Assembly (NCBI GenBank): GCA_938009735.1
Contig: CALLIG010000107.1
Coordinates: 12,149 to 76,148, forward strand
Reading direction: 5' to 3'
Source: an uncultured Flavobacteriaceae bacterium
GTDB taxonomy: Bacteria > Bacteroidota > Bacteroidia > Flavobacteriales > Flavobacteriaceae
DNA: 64,000 nucleotides
Shown here: positions 50,794 through 61,427 of the stretch, piece by piece
Layout: every line of letters starts with the position of its first letter
Numbering within the stretch: the first letter of the stretch is position 1
Position numbers and translations under genes: made by a program
The notes under the pieces: model-generated
Database searches by the model: none
Told to the model about the DNA's origin: nothing
The model's input: the letters and a program-made list of their open reading frames with translations, nothing else

Positions 50794-51572
50794 GTTCGAT
50801 AGAAAAACATACCGCCCTTTCTGTTAAAGATTTATCCGTTGGATATAAAAACTCCGAGATAGCCTCCGCAATCAATTTTGAAGCTCATAAAGGAGAATTG
50901 ATTGGGATTGTTGGTATCAACGGAATTGGAAAGTCTACGCTACTTAGAACTCTCGCTCAAGTTCAACCTAAATTATCAGGAAGTATTGATTTGAATGGGA
51001 AGCCCTTAGAAAAATATACTTCCAAAGATTTAGCATCAACATTGAGTGTGGTTTTAACCGAAACTATCGCTTCTAAGAACATGACAGTTTTAGAATTAAT
51101 CACACTTGGAAGACAACCATACACCAATTGGATTGGGAAATTATCAAAAGATGATATATCTAAAATTAGTGAATCGCTTCAGTTACTTGAACTTGGAGAA
51201 TTAAAAAACAAAAAGTGTTACGAACTTAGTGACGGTCAATTGCAACGAGTAATGATTGCTCGTGCTTTGGCACAAGACACTTCTATTATATTATTAGACG
51301 AGCCTACCACGCATCTTGATTTATATCATAAAGTTCAAATTTTCAAATTACTTCAAAAGATTGCTAAACAAACTAAGAAAACCATTCTGTTTACCAGTCA
51401 TGAAATTGAAATGGTGATTCAACTTTGCGATACTATGCTGCTATTAAATGGCACTAATAACACCTTCGGAACGCCAAATTATCTAATAGAACAAAAGGCT
51501 TTTGATTCTCTTTTTCCTGCGGATACCGTAACTTTTGACGCGAAGACTGGTTCCTTTAGAATTGAAAAGTAA
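50790..51572 (+). CDS. ABC transporter ATP-binding protein (BtuD/FecE-like, TTG start)
   Basis: GINGIGKST, LSDGQLQR, LLDEPT, SHE. Confidence 0.9.
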   Translation: MSSIEKHTALSVKDLSVGYKNSEIASAINFEAHKGELIGIVGINGIGKSTLLRTLAQVQPKLSGSIDLNGKPLEKYTSKDLASTLSVVLTETIASKNMTVLELITLGRQPYTNWIGKLSKDDISKISESLQLLELGELKNKKCYELSDGQLQRVMIARALAQDTSIILLDEPTTHLDLYHKVQIFKLLQKIAKQTKKTILFTSHEIEMVIQLCDTMLLLNGTNNTFGTPNYLIEQKAFDSLFPADTVTFDAKTGSFRIEK

Positions 51573-51637
51573 ATTCATCGCTTATTTCTTTTTGTGAGTC
51601 AATCGTGTATCTTTACTTCGAACACTTTAGTACGATA

Positions 51638-52984
51638 ATGAACGAATATTTAATATATCTTTTAGTTGGTTTAGTATGCCTTGCAATTGGCTATTTTCTA
51701 GGTAATTACATACAAAATTTAAAAACCAAATCAAGCCAAAGCGCCCTTGAAGAGCGGCAACAACAATTGTCTAATAACTTTACTGTTGTTGAACAAAGAT
51801 TAAGAGATGCTGAAGAACATAAAACACATTTACAAACTGAAAAAGAACAGTTAGGTAACCAAATTGTGAGGTATGAAGCCGATATGGAAAACCTTCAACT
51901 GAAGAACAGAGAGCAAAAAGAGGAAGTAGAAAAACTGCAAGAGAAATTTACCAAAGAATTTGAAAATCTCGCCAACAAAATACTAGAAGAGAAAAGCTTA
52001 AAATTTACCGAGCGTAACGAGAAGAATATTAAAGATATTCTCACACCGTTAAACGAGAAAATACAATTGTTTGAAAAAAAGGTAGAGGAAAGTCAAAAAG
52101 AGAATATTAGTATTCACTCTGCATTAAAGGAGCAATTAATAAATCTTCAAACGCAAAACCTTAAAATCACACAAGAAGCAGAGAATCTTACCAAGGCACT
52201 AAAAGGTGATAGTAAGATGCAAGGTAATTGGGGAGAATTAGTGCTAGAGCGTGTTCTAGAAAAATCTGGATTAGAAAAAGATAGGGAATACACGGTGCAG
52301 CAAAGTTTTACATTAGACGATGGTTCTAGAGTACTACCTGATGTGATTATTAACCTTCCTGACGATAAGAAAATGATCGTCGATTCAAAGGTTTCTTTAA
52401 CGGACTATGAACGTTATGTTAATGCTGAAGACGAAGAACAACAAGCTAAACATTTAAAAGATCATATCAATTCGCTACGAAGACATGTAGATCAATTATC
52501 AGCAAAAAAGTATGAAGACTTGTATGAAATGGAAAGTCCTGATTTTGTATTGCTTTTTATTCCTATTGAACCTGCATTTGCTATTGCTATAAATAATGAT
52601 AACTCGCTGTACAACAAGGCTTTTGAGCAAAATATCGTAATTGTTACTCCATCTACCTTACTAGCGACATTACGTACGATAGACAGTATGTGGAATAACG
52701 AAAAGCAGCAAAGAAATGCCATTGAAATTGCACGTCAAGCAGGGGCACTTTATGATAAATTTGAAGGCTTTGTTGGCGACCTTACCAAAGTTGGTAAAAG
52801 GTTAGACGACGCTAAAGGAGAATACAAAGGCGCTATGAATAAATTAGTAGATGGCCGTGGTAATATCATTACTAGTATTGAGAAACTAAAGAAAATGGGA
52901 GCCAAAGCAAAAAAATCTATTCCTGAGCCGATTTTAAGAAGAGCACAAGAAGATGACTTTGAAGAACCTAAATTAGAATTATGA
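51638..52984 (+). CDS. rmuC: DNA recombination protein RmuC
   Basis: N-terminal TM, coiled-coil, QGNWGELVLERVLE.SGL, PDVII.LP, DSKVSL, PSTLLATL. Confidence 0.93.
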   Translation: MNEYLIYLLVGLVCLAIGYFLGNYIQNLKTKSSQSALEERQQQLSNNFTVVEQRLRDAEEHKTHLQTEKEQLGNQIVRYEADMENLQLKNREQKEEVEKLQEKFTKEFENLANKILEEKSLKFTERNEKNIKDILTPLNEKIQLFEKKVEESQKENISIHSALKEQLINLQTQNLKITQEAENLTKALKGDSKMQGNWGELVLERVLEKSGLEKDREYTVQQSFTLDDGSRVLPDVIINLPDDKKMIVDSKVSLTDYERYVNAEDEEQQAKHLKDHINSLRRHVDQLSAKKYEDLYEMESPDFVLLFIPIEPAFAIAINNDNSLYNKAFEQNIVIVTPSTLLATLRTIDSMWNNEKQQRNAIEIARQAGALYDKFEGFVGDLTKVGKRLDDAKGEYKGAMNKLVDGRGNIITSIEKLKKMGAKAKKSIPEPILRRAQEDDFEEPKLEL

Positions 52985-53346
52985 AGAAAGTATTAGGATT
53001 AGGCGTATTTGGAATCATAGCGGTTTCACTTTTGTATTATGCATTTATATATTTTGTAACCTATAGCGAAGGTACCCGTTCAGGTGAATTGATAAAATTC
53101 AGTAACAAGGGTGTGATTGTAAAAACATGGGAAGGTGAAATAAGTCAAGGTATTTCTGGCGCCCAAATATTTACTTTTTCTGTTTTGGATAAAGATCAGA
53201 AGGTCATTGATAATTTACGTGATTATCAAGGTCAGTACGTAAAGCTAGATTATGTAGAACGATATGCTACTTTCTTCTGGTTGGGTGATACCAAATACTT
53301 TATCACCAAAGTTACCAAAGAACAATCACCGCACGTTAGAAACTGA
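52981..53346 (+). CDS. Conserved hypothetical membrane-anchored protein
   Basis: N-terminal TM; YSEGTRSG.LIKFS.KG..KTWEG; 4-nt overlap with rmuC. Confidence 0.7.
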   Translation: MKKVLGLGVFGIIAVSLLYYAFIYFVTYSEGTRSGELIKFSNKGVIVKTWEGEISQGISGAQIFTFSVLDKDQKVIDNLRDYQGQYVKLDYVERYATFFWLGDTKYFITKVTKEQSPHVRN

Positions 53347-53394
53347 TCTCATAATAGGCGTTTAATAAGTGTATGTAACAGTTAGTGTATTTAT

Positions 53395-53940
53395 ATGAAA
53401 GAATTCAAAACTGCCCGAGAGTCAAGATTGTCAATAACAGAATTAATGCTTCCCTCCCATTCAAATTTTGGAGGTAAGATTCATGGTGGTCATATTTTAA
53501 GCCTAATGGATCAAATTGCATTTGCATGTTCTTCAAAACACAGTCGAAAGTACTGTGTAACGGCATCGGTAAATCGTGTTGATTTTCTTAGTGCCGTTGA
53601 AGTTGGTGAATTACTTACTTTAAAAGCAGCTATTAATTATACCGGAAAGACCTCTATGGTTGTTGGGGTTCGCGTCGAATCGCAAGATATTACCACCGGA
53701 AAAAAAAGACATTGTAATTCTTCATACTTTACCATGGTTGCCAAAGATGAAGATGGAAAAAGCACCCCAGTTCCTGGATTGCTTGTTCAAGATGAACAGG
53801 GTATTAGACGATTCGCGAGAAGTAAGTATCGCAAAGAAGCAGCTTTTAAGCGCGATACCAAGTTTGATGAAAACAACTTTGATTCTAAGGAATATTTAGC
53901 CGTTTTAGCAAAGGAAAATATCAAGATTGAACTCAAGTAA
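53395..53940 (+). CDS. Acyl-CoA thioesterase (YciA-type hotdog fold)
   Basis: PSHSNFGGKIHGG..L.LMD, VTASV, YTGKTSM. Confidence 0.9.
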   Translation: MKEFKTARESRLSITELMLPSHSNFGGKIHGGHILSLMDQIAFACSSKHSRKYCVTASVNRVDFLSAVEVGELLTLKAAINYTGKTSMVVGVRVESQDITTGKKRHCNSSYFTMVAKDEDGKSTPVPGLLVQDEQGIRRFARSKYRKEAAFKRDTKFDENNFDSKEYLAVLAKENIKIELK

Positions 53941-54649
53941 TTTTCGCTGCAGCCGCAGCATCTAAAAACCAAATTAAATTACCTGAATTTGGAGCAACTA
54001 GACTTGCAGGGTATTTTTCAAAATCTCCCTTTTTGTTTATGATCTCATCTACTTTATCTACTTTGTTTTCACCCGTTACTAAAAAAGTGACTATTTGAGC
54101 ATGGTTAATCACCTTGCCAGTTATTGAAACTCTTTGTTGGCCTGAGTCTGGGTGAACAGCTACCTCACATAACTTGTCTGAATGCCAAAGATCTATCTCG
54201 TGTGGAAAAATAGATGCAGTATGTCCGTCATCACCCATTCCTAAAATCACCAAATCAAAACTTGGCACTCCACCATCTGATTTTGGTAAATTATCATCTA
54301 AAAGCTCGGCATAACGTTTAGCTTCATAATCAGGTTCATTTTCTCCTTTAATACGGTGAATGTTCTCTTTTGGAATTTCAATCTTAGAAATCAAATATTC
54401 AACAGTCATTTTATAATTACTATCATCATCAGTCGGATCTACACAACGTTCATCGCCCCAATACAAGTGAACAGCTTTCCAATCGATATCTTCTTGAAAG
54501 TTAGCCGCTAGTTCCTCAAATACTATTTTAGGAGTGCTACCGCCTGATAACGCGATATGCACTTCTTCTCTTGCAGCAATTAATATTGCCAAATAGCGTG
54601 AAAAATTCAAAGCTACTTCTTGTTTTGTTTGAGCTACTTTTAATTTCAT
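53933..54649 (-). CDS. pgl: 6-phosphogluconolactonase
   Basis: ALSGGSTP, WGDERCV, SNY, LGMGDDGHTASIFP; ATG at 54649. Confidence 0.94.
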   Translation of the reverse strand: MKLKVAQTKQEVALNFSRYLAILIAAREEVHIALSGGSTPKIVFEELAANFQEDIDWKAVHLYWGDERCVDPTDDDSNYKMTVEYLISKIEIPKENIHRIKGENEPDYEAKRYAELLDDNLPKSDGGVPSFDLVILGMGDDGHTASIFPHEIDLWHSDKLCEVAVHPDSGQQRVSITGKVINHAQIVTFLVTGENKVDKVDEIINKKGDFEKYPASLVAPNSGNLIWFLDAAAAAKIT

Positions 54650-54699
54650 TGGGGACAAATTTTAAATCTAAATATCTTTAATTACTTGTTTTTGTCTTT

Positions 54700-56232
54700 C
54701 TAATAAATGACACAGAAACCAGGGTCATCGGCCAAATTTGGACCAGGGTTCCGCCATAAGCCATCACCTGCAATTAAAGCATCAGCATTTTCAGGACCCC
54801 ATGCACCTGCAGAATATCCATATACACGTACATCTTTACCGTTCTTCCAATATTTCAGAATAGGGTCAACAAACTCCCATGCCGCCTCTACTTCATCAGC
54901 CCGCGCATAAAGTGTTGCATCACCTTGCATAGCATCAAGTAGTAAACGTTCATAGGCTTCCATTATACTGGTATCTACTAAACTTGAATAGTAAAAATCT
55001 AAATTTGCACGTTCTACTTTAAACCCTTGCCCTGGTACTTTCACACCAAATTTGATCAAAATACCTTCGTCTGGCTGAATTCGAATAATGAGTTTATTAT
55101 CCTTGTTAAACATTCCAGCATCTTTAAAAATCTGGTGGTGCGGTGCTTTAAAGTGTATTACAACTTCAGTAACTTTTGTCGGCATCCGTTTGGCTGTTCG
55201 AACATAAAAAGGCACATCTTTCCAACGCCAATTATCAACAAAAAACTTTATTGCTGCATACGTTTCAGTAGTTGATTCAGGGTTTACTCCCTCCTCTTCT
55301 CTATATCCATTTACAACTTTACCATCTATTTTTGAACTAACATATTGTGCTCTGATCGTATGTTCAGACAATGTTTTTTCATCATACATGATTCGAAGCG
55401 AACGTAATGCTTTTACTTTTTCATTCCGAATCTCTTGCGCGTTTGCATCAATTGGCGGCTCCATGACAATTAAAGAAACTATTTGCAACAAATGGTTTTG
55501 AAACATATCACGTAAAGCTCCTGATCCGTCATAATAACCTCCACGAAGACCTACTCCCCCACTTTCTGCATTGGTAATTTCAACGCGATCAATATAATTT
55601 CTATTCCATAAGGGTTCAAAAATACTGTTCGCAAAACGAGTTACCAGTAAATTTTGTACCGTCTCTTTACCTAAATAATGATCTATACGATAAATTTGTG
55701 ATTCTTTAAAATAGCGCTGAAGTCCTTTGTTTAGTTGCTTTGCACTTTCTAAATCATAGCCAAATGGTTTTTCTACGATGATTCGCTTAAAACCAACACC
55801 TCTAGATCTATTGAGTTGCTGCCCATACAAATTCTTAGCAATTGCTTCATATAAACTGGGTGGTGTAGAGAGGTAATACATATAATTCTCTCCTGTTTTA
55901 TACTTCGCATTTAATGTCGTAATGCGTTCTTCAAGATCTTTATAGTCTGTATCGTACTCGGTACCAACATCTTCATAAAAAAACTTTTTAGCAAATTCAG
56001 ATACTAATGCGTCATCAACAGAATGATTGCCCTTTAAATATTCATTGCCACTAACTACCTTTTTTCGAAATTCATCATCTGTCATGTAGCTGCGACTAAC
56101 CCCTAGCACTACAAAATTCTTAGGCAATTGATTCTCTTGAAATAGTCGAAATAAAGCAGGTACTAGTTTTCTAGCGGTTAAATCGCCAGATGCTCCAAAA
56201 ATAATGAGCATTTGATTTTCTGTTTTCGTCAT
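54700..56232 (-). CDS. zwf: Glucose-6-phosphate 1-dehydrogenase
   Basis: GASGDLTARKL, EKPFG, RIDHYLGKE, RDMFQNH, AYERLL. Confidence 0.97.
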   Translation of the reverse strand: MTKTENQMLIIFGASGDLTARKLVPALFRLFQENQLPKNFVVLGVSRSYMTDDEFRKKVVSGNEYLKGNHSVDDALVSEFAKKFFYEDVGTEYDTDYKDLEERITTLNAKYKTGENYMYYLSTPPSLYEAIAKNLYGQQLNRSRGVGFKRIIVEKPFGYDLESAKQLNKGLQRYFKESQIYRIDHYLGKETVQNLLVTRFANSIFEPLWNRNYIDRVEITNAESGGVGLRGGYYDGSGALRDMFQNHLLQIVSLIVMEPPIDANAQEIRNEKVKALRSLRIMYDEKTLSEHTIRAQYVSSKIDGKVVNGYREEEGVNPESTTETYAAIKFFVDNWRWKDVPFYVRTAKRMPTKVTEVVIHFKAPHHQIFKDAGMFNKDNKLIIRIQPDEGILIKFGVKVPGQGFKVERANLDFYYSSLVDTSIMEAYERLLLDAMQGDATLYARADEVEAAWEFVDPILKYWKNGKDVRVYGYSAGAWGPENADALIAGDGLWRNPGPNLADDPGFCVIY

Positions 56233-56491
56233 ATAAATTGGTAGGGTTTTCTAAGGTTTTAAATATAACTATCCTATCGGAGTTTCCAAGTTAGATTAGC
56301 ACTAAAACTAAATATTTTAATATATTTTTGAAGACATCTGTTAAAACCGCTATATCTTTAATCTTTCGTAAAATTGTGAAAGCTTTTATCCTAAGCTAAT
56401 AGACATTGTTCCTTTCAAATTCGGAAGATGCTAAAAGCTTAAATTTCAATATATTTAAGTGTATTACTGTTGCGGAAATAAAAAACAAAAA

Positions 56492-57904
56492 ATGAAAAAT
56501 ACATATGATTTTGGGTTGGTAGGTTTAGGCGTCATGGGGCGTAACTTTATTTTAAATGTAGCCGATAACGGATTTTCAGCATTTGGCAATGATTTAGATA
56601 CTGAAAAAGTAAACGCACTTATACAAGAAGGTGGTGATACCGATAAAGTAAATGCTTCTACAGATGCCAAAACTTTTGTTGCTGCATTGTCTACACCAAG
56701 AAAAATTATGTTGCTAGTTCCTGCAGGTAAAATAGTAGATGCAGTTATTGAGAGCTTGCTTCCCCTTTTAGATGAAGGCGATATTATTATAGATGGAGGA
56801 AATTCATTCTTCACAGATACCGACCGTCGGGATGCTTATTTAGCTGAAAAAGGAATTCATTTTTTCGGTGCAGGAGTCTCTGGAGGAGCCAAAGGCGCTC
56901 GCCTAGGGCCAAGTATAATGCCCGGGGGAAATCGAGAAGCTTACCAATATGTAAAACCAATTTTCGAAGCAGTATCTGCTAAATACAAAGGAGAACCATG
57001 TGTAGCATATTTAGGGCCCAAATCTGCCGGAAATTATGTTAAGATGGTACATAATGGCATTGAGTATGGACTAATGCAATTGACTTCTGAAATATACGAT
57101 CTACTGAAAAAAGGTGGTAATTATACCAATGATGAGCTACATGAAGCCTATTCAAAATGGAATTCTGGCAGACTACAGTCCTTCTTAGTTCAAATTACTT
57201 CTGAAATTTTGGCTCAAGATGATGAATTAGGAGAAGGACGATTAGTTGACAAAATACTAGACAAAGCCAAACAAAAAGGTACAGGAAAATGGACAAGCCA
57301 AAATGCAATGGATTTAGGCATTCCAGTACCATCTATTGATATTGCGGTAAGTATGCGTGAGATATCTGCTTTAAAAGACGAACGCATTGCTGCTGATAAA
57401 TTATACGATCGACCTAAGGTTGAACATATTATGGACAAGGCTGCATTGGAAAAACTAGCTGAGCAAGCATTGTATTTCTCTTTCATCATTACCTATGCGC
57501 AAGGATTGCATCAATTAGCGGATGCCTCTAAAGAATATGGTTACGAATTAGAAATTGCTGAAATAGCGAAAATTTGGAGAGCTGGCTGTATTATTCGCGC
57601 TGGGCTTTTAGCAGATATTACAGAAGCATTTAATGCGGATGCATTGCTTCCAAATTTATTACTTTCTCCTTCTTTCATTGAAAAAGTACAAAGTACTGTA
57701 GCTGCAGCTCGTGATCTAGTTTCATACGCCGCAAAAAATGGAATACCCGTACCAGGACTTTCAAATTCGCTAACATATTTTGATGCGTATACCTCAAGTC
57801 GATTGCCTTTGAATTTAATACAAGCGCAGCGTGATTATTTTGGTTCTCATACTTATGAGCGTGTAGATCGTGATGGAATTTTTCACACAGAATGGGAAAA
57901 GTAA
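56492..57904 (+). CDS. gndA: NADP-dependent 6-phosphogluconate dehydrogenase
   Basis: GLGVMG, IDGGNS, VKMVHNGIEYG, KGTGKWT, QAQRDYFGSH; ATG at 56492. Confidence 0.97.
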   Translation: MKNTYDFGLVGLGVMGRNFILNVADNGFSAFGNDLDTEKVNALIQEGGDTDKVNASTDAKTFVAALSTPRKIMLLVPAGKIVDAVIESLLPLLDEGDIIIDGGNSFFTDTDRRDAYLAEKGIHFFGAGVSGGAKGARLGPSIMPGGNREAYQYVKPIFEAVSAKYKGEPCVAYLGPKSAGNYVKMVHNGIEYGLMQLTSEIYDLLKKGGNYTNDELHEAYSKWNSGRLQSFLVQITSEILAQDDELGEGRLVDKILDKAKQKGTGKWTSQNAMDLGIPVPSIDIAVSMREISALKDERIAADKLYDRPKVEHIMDKAALEKLAEQALYFSFIITYAQGLHQLADASKEYGYELEIAEIAKIWRAGCIIRAGLLADITEAFNADALLPNLLLSPSFIEKVQSTVAAARDLVSYAAKNGIPVPGLSNSLTYFDAYTSSRLPLNLIQAQRDYFGSHTYERVDRDGIFHTEWEK

Positions 57905-57916
57905 TTTGTGTTATTT

Positions 57917-58360
57917 ATGAAACAACTATTTTTTCTTTTACTAATCTTTTTTACTATTTCGGCTTTTAGTCAAACCAACGTGTTAGATATTAAGGCTGAA
58001 AACATAAATCTTGAAGAATTGACCCTATCGAAGGTATTTGATGGTGAACGCTTTGTACTACTAAGTGTGGGAGGCACTTGGTGTAAACCATGCTTAGATC
58101 AAAAACCTTTCACAGCTTCTTTAGGACAGCAATATCCTCAATATTTAAAAGTGGTTTTTCTTTTCTTTACAGATACTCCTGAAAAAATCAAGGCAAGATT
58201 TGGAAATGATAATGATTTAAAAGATTATCTGCTTATTAAATCAGATGCGATTGAACAGCTTTCTATAAAAACCTACCCGACCAATGTTCTGGTTGATCCA
58301 AATGGTAATATCGTCGAGAATGATATTTCTTTAAATGATGTTGGTAGCTTAATTAAGTAA
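57917..58360 (+). CDS. Exported thioredoxin-like (TlpA/ResA) protein
   Basis: Signal peptide; TWCKPC; YPT cis-Pro loop. Confidence 0.82.
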   Translation: MKQLFFLLLIFFTISAFSQTNVLDIKAENINLEELTLSKVFDGERFVLLSVGGTWCKPCLDQKPFTASLGQQYPQYLKVVFLFFTDTPEKIKARFGNDNDLKDYLLIKSDAIEQLSIKTYPTNVLVDPNGNIVENDISLNDVGSLIK

Positions 58361-58453
58361 ATACAAATCTATATAGTTTGTCCTTATATAACGGAATTGC
58401 ATCTGCAGTAGACGAAACTAATTAACTTTCAACACAAAAAGTAGCTTTAAACT

Positions 58454-59887
58454 ATGATAATTGAGTCAGGAACACGATTTTTGTTTTCGATGATCAAACT
58501 CAGATTCGTTCTTATAGTTCTTCTTAGCTTAATAGTTAATACCATTGCTGGTCAAGATGATGTGCAGCAAAAGATAAATTATTATATCTCGCAAGCGAAA
58601 CTAGATTCAGCTAAAACGTATATTCAAACTAGTTTAGATGCAGTAGATAATAAGCAAGAAAAGAATGCTCTTAATTACCAATTGGTAAAAGTTCTATTTA
58701 TGCAATCTGATTATAACGCAGCATTAAAGCAAGCATTTAATTCTCTTGATAGCATAAAAGATGAAGAACAAAGAGTCAATTTCAATTTTATGATTGGCGC
58801 TATATATTCTGCTATTACCGATTATAAAAAATCTGTTGAGTATTTTGATTTAGTGATCGCATATAATGAAGACCCTTCTTTGACGCTTCAAACACATTTA
58901 TTGCTATCACAACTCCATATAGAATTAAATGATTCTACAAAGGCTGGTAAATCAATTACCGAAGCATATAAAATAACAAGTTTAACAAAAGAAGAAAGCC
59001 CAACAAAGAATCATGTTGAAATGCAGTATAATTTTTTTAATGAAAATTATGAGCTCTGTAAACAACAAAATTTTAAAATAATTAGAGATAGCACTAGCTT
59101 TTTAAACGCAAAAAGTTACGCGTATTCCATGGTTGGCGACTGTTTGGTAAAACAAGATTCATTAATAGAGGCCACTACATATTTTGATGAATTTCTAAAT
59201 TTAACCATTGAAACAAAAGATCCAGAACAAGTTAAGGTTGCAGCAAATAAGCTAATTGAAGTTTATGAGAAATTAGGTGATCAAGAAAAAGCAAATGCCT
59301 ATCATAAAATCTATAATGAAGCAATTAATGATTCTTTAAGTTTTTCAGCAGAGAAATATAGAGAACTATATGATGTTGAAAAAAACCGTGAGTTGGATAT
59401 TGCTAAAACTAAAAACTCTAGAAAATATCTGATTTTCGGTTCGATCCTTTTGTTGCTAATCTCTATTGGAATTTACTACTATTTTAAAATTAAAAATCCG
59501 AAAAAAGGACCAGGTAAAAAGATCGTTATTAGTGATAGCGAAATTAGAAAAATAGTAAGTGCTATCGATGAGTTGAAATCAAAGCAATTATTTTTAACAC
59601 CAAATATTACAAGAAAATCCTTTTGTTCTGATAATCAAATAACTTCTGAGAGATATTTAAGTCAATTCATTAACGAAAAATACAAAAAGTCTTTTTCTAC
59701 TTTTATTAATGATTTACGAATCGAATATGCACATAAACGCATTCAAACAGATAGTAAATTCAGAAGCTATAAAATTGAAGAGATTGCGAAAGAATGCGGT
59801 TTTGGGTCCAAAAAAAGCTTTGAACGAGCATTCGTTACCAAATACCAAGAAACTCCTTTCAAACTCATATCTAGGCTAACTGTCTAA
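58454..59887 (+). CDS. One-component membrane regulator: periplasmic TPR-like domain, TM, AraC HTH (alternative start 58490)
   Basis: Signal peptide; helical repeats; TM YLIFGSILLLLISIGIYYYF; YLSQFIN..F..FINDLRI..A, IAKECGFGSKKSF. Confidence 0.88.
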   Translation: MIIESGTRFLFSMIKLRFVLIVLLSLIVNTIAGQDDVQQKINYYISQAKLDSAKTYIQTSLDAVDNKQEKNALNYQLVKVLFMQSDYNAALKQAFNSLDSIKDEEQRVNFNFMIGAIYSAITDYKKSVEYFDLVIAYNEDPSLTLQTHLLLSQLHIELNDSTKAGKSITEAYKITSLTKEESPTKNHVEMQYNFFNENYELCKQQNFKIIRDSTSFLNAKSYAYSMVGDCLVKQDSLIEATTYFDEFLNLTIETKDPEQVKVAANKLIEVYEKLGDQEKANAYHKIYNEAINDSLSFSAEKYRELYDVEKNRELDIAKTKNSRKYLIFGSILLLLISIGIYYYFKIKNPKKGPGKKIVISDSEIRKIVSAIDELKSKQLFLTPNITRKSFCSDNQITSERYLSQFINEKYKKSFSTFINDLRIEYAHKRIQTDSKFRSYKIEEIAKECGFGSKKSFERAFVTKYQETPFKLISRLTV

Positions 59888-59907
59888 TTTTCTTTGTTTT
59901 ACAGAAG

Positions 59908-59925
59908 GTCAATTCGCGAAATGAC
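59908..59925. promoter_or_regulatory. Palindromic candidate operator upstream of the lipoprotein cassette
   Basis: GTCAATTCGCGAAATGAC (16/18 palindromic), 55 nt upstream of the -7 element TAATTTTG (59981-59988). Confidence 0.5.
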
Positions 59926-60105
59926 GCAACAAGTCGAGTAATCACTACGCTCGATTTCCTTTTAGCCAAGACCTTTCATTTAATTTTGTTTCTCTAGTGA
60001 AAACATTTTAAAGGCGAATGCATTCGCTTTTTTGTTCCAATGTTTCATGCTTTCTAAGACAAACATTAATACATCACATTCTTGAAAAAAATCAAACCCT
60101 ACCAA

Positions 60106-60939
60106 ATGAAAAAGTCAACGATATTTCTTTTACTTCTATTAGGTTTCACAATTTCAGCCAATGCCCAGTTCTTCAAAAAACTAGGAAATAAAGTCGAAAA
60201 GGCTGCTGAAAAGGCGGTGGAAAGAAAAGCAGAACAAAAAACCACCAAAGAAACCAACAAAGCATTCGATTCAACTTTCAATAAAAAAAGAAAGAAAAAT
60301 AAAAGTTTATCAGGTATGCCTTCATTCTCAGATGCAGAGCCGGCTACGAATTACACTTTTAACTATCGCGCTGATATGGAAATAAAAACGGGAGGAGAAA
60401 CAATGAAGATGAGTTATTTCTTATCTGAATCAGGTAACTATTTAAGCTCAATGCTCGATGACAAAAGAATGAAAGATAAAAGCCTAATGGTTATGGATTT
60501 TGAACGTGAAGCAATGTTCACTTTTATGGAAAATGATGGTCAAAAAATTAGAATGGCAATGTCTCTTGCTACAGCTAGTGCCTATGAACAAGCTTCTAAC
60601 GAAAGTAACACCAAAGTTACCGCCACCGGTAAAAGCAAAAAAATACTGAATTACAATTGTCAAGAATATAAAATGACTGGAGATGATATGTATGGTACAA
60701 TGTGGATTACCAAAGATGTCAATGCTCGTTTTCCTAAGAACTTTTACGGCATGAAGCAAGACAAAAGAAACAAAAACAATACCCAGGCCTGGATGAAGGA
60801 TATGAACGGCTGGCTGATGGAAATGGAAATGACCGACACATCAGAAAGAAAACCACAAACAATGATCATGACCTGTGTTTTCTTCGGAGAATCGAATTTA
60901 AGCATAGACACTAAAGGATATGAAACTCTAAAATTTTAA
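60106..60939 (+). CDS. DUF4412-like exported protein
   Basis: Start MKKSTIF; signal peptide; QFFKKLGNKVEKAAEKAV helix; TGKSKKILNYNCQEY..MWIT. Confidence 0.75.
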   Translation: MKKSTIFLLLLLGFTISANAQFFKKLGNKVEKAAEKAVERKAEQKTTKETNKAFDSTFNKKRKKNKSLSGMPSFSDAEPATNYTFNYRADMEIKTGGETMKMSYFLSESGNYLSSMLDDKRMKDKSLMVMDFEREAMFTFMENDGQKIRMAMSLATASAYEQASNESNTKVTATGKSKKILNYNCQEYKMTGDDMYGTMWITKDVNARFPKNFYGMKQDKRNKNNTQAWMKDMNGWLMEMEMTDTSERKPQTMIMTCVFFGESNLSIDTKGYETLKF

Positions 60940-60940
60940 T

Positions 60941-61405
60941 ATGCTTAAGAAACTATTTATAATAATTGCATTACCCCTATTCTTAGCAAACTGTCGTGCA
61001 TTAACAGGCGAAGAAATTGCAAGACTCGAAATCAACAAAGTAAGTACGGGAAAAGACAATATGTTCAATGACCGAACTATTTTAGAACTAAAAAAAGATG
61101 ATGAGATTATGTTTTGGTCTGATATGGACATTGCTTATGAAGGAGCTACTGAGCTAAGATTTAAAGTAGGAATCTTTAAAGATGGTGCCCTAATTAAGAA
61201 AATTGAAATAGACCCTACTAAAAAGAATATAACTCTTGGAGAAGCGAAAACAGAAGTAATGGGTAAAACCAATTGGAGTTTTTTAGGTAAAAACACAGAG
61301 CTCAAAATAGAAGAGGATGGCAAATATGGTATAAGTGCCATTCTAACTGCTACTAACAATTCAAATCTTAAAGTAACAAAGGCAGAACTTGTAATAAAAA
61401 AATAA
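60941..61405 (+). CDS. Hypothetical lipoprotein
   Basis: Lipobox LANC; beta-rich. Confidence 0.75.
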   Translation: MLKKLFIIIALPLFLANCRALTGEEIARLEINKVSTGKDNMFNDRTILELKKDDEIMFWSDMDIAYEGATELRFKVGIFKDGALIKKIEIDPTKKNITLGEAKTEVMGKTNWSFLGKNTELKIEEDGKYGISAILTATNNSNLKVTKAELVIKK

Positions 61406-61427
61406 TTATTCAAAACTCAAAGAATAT

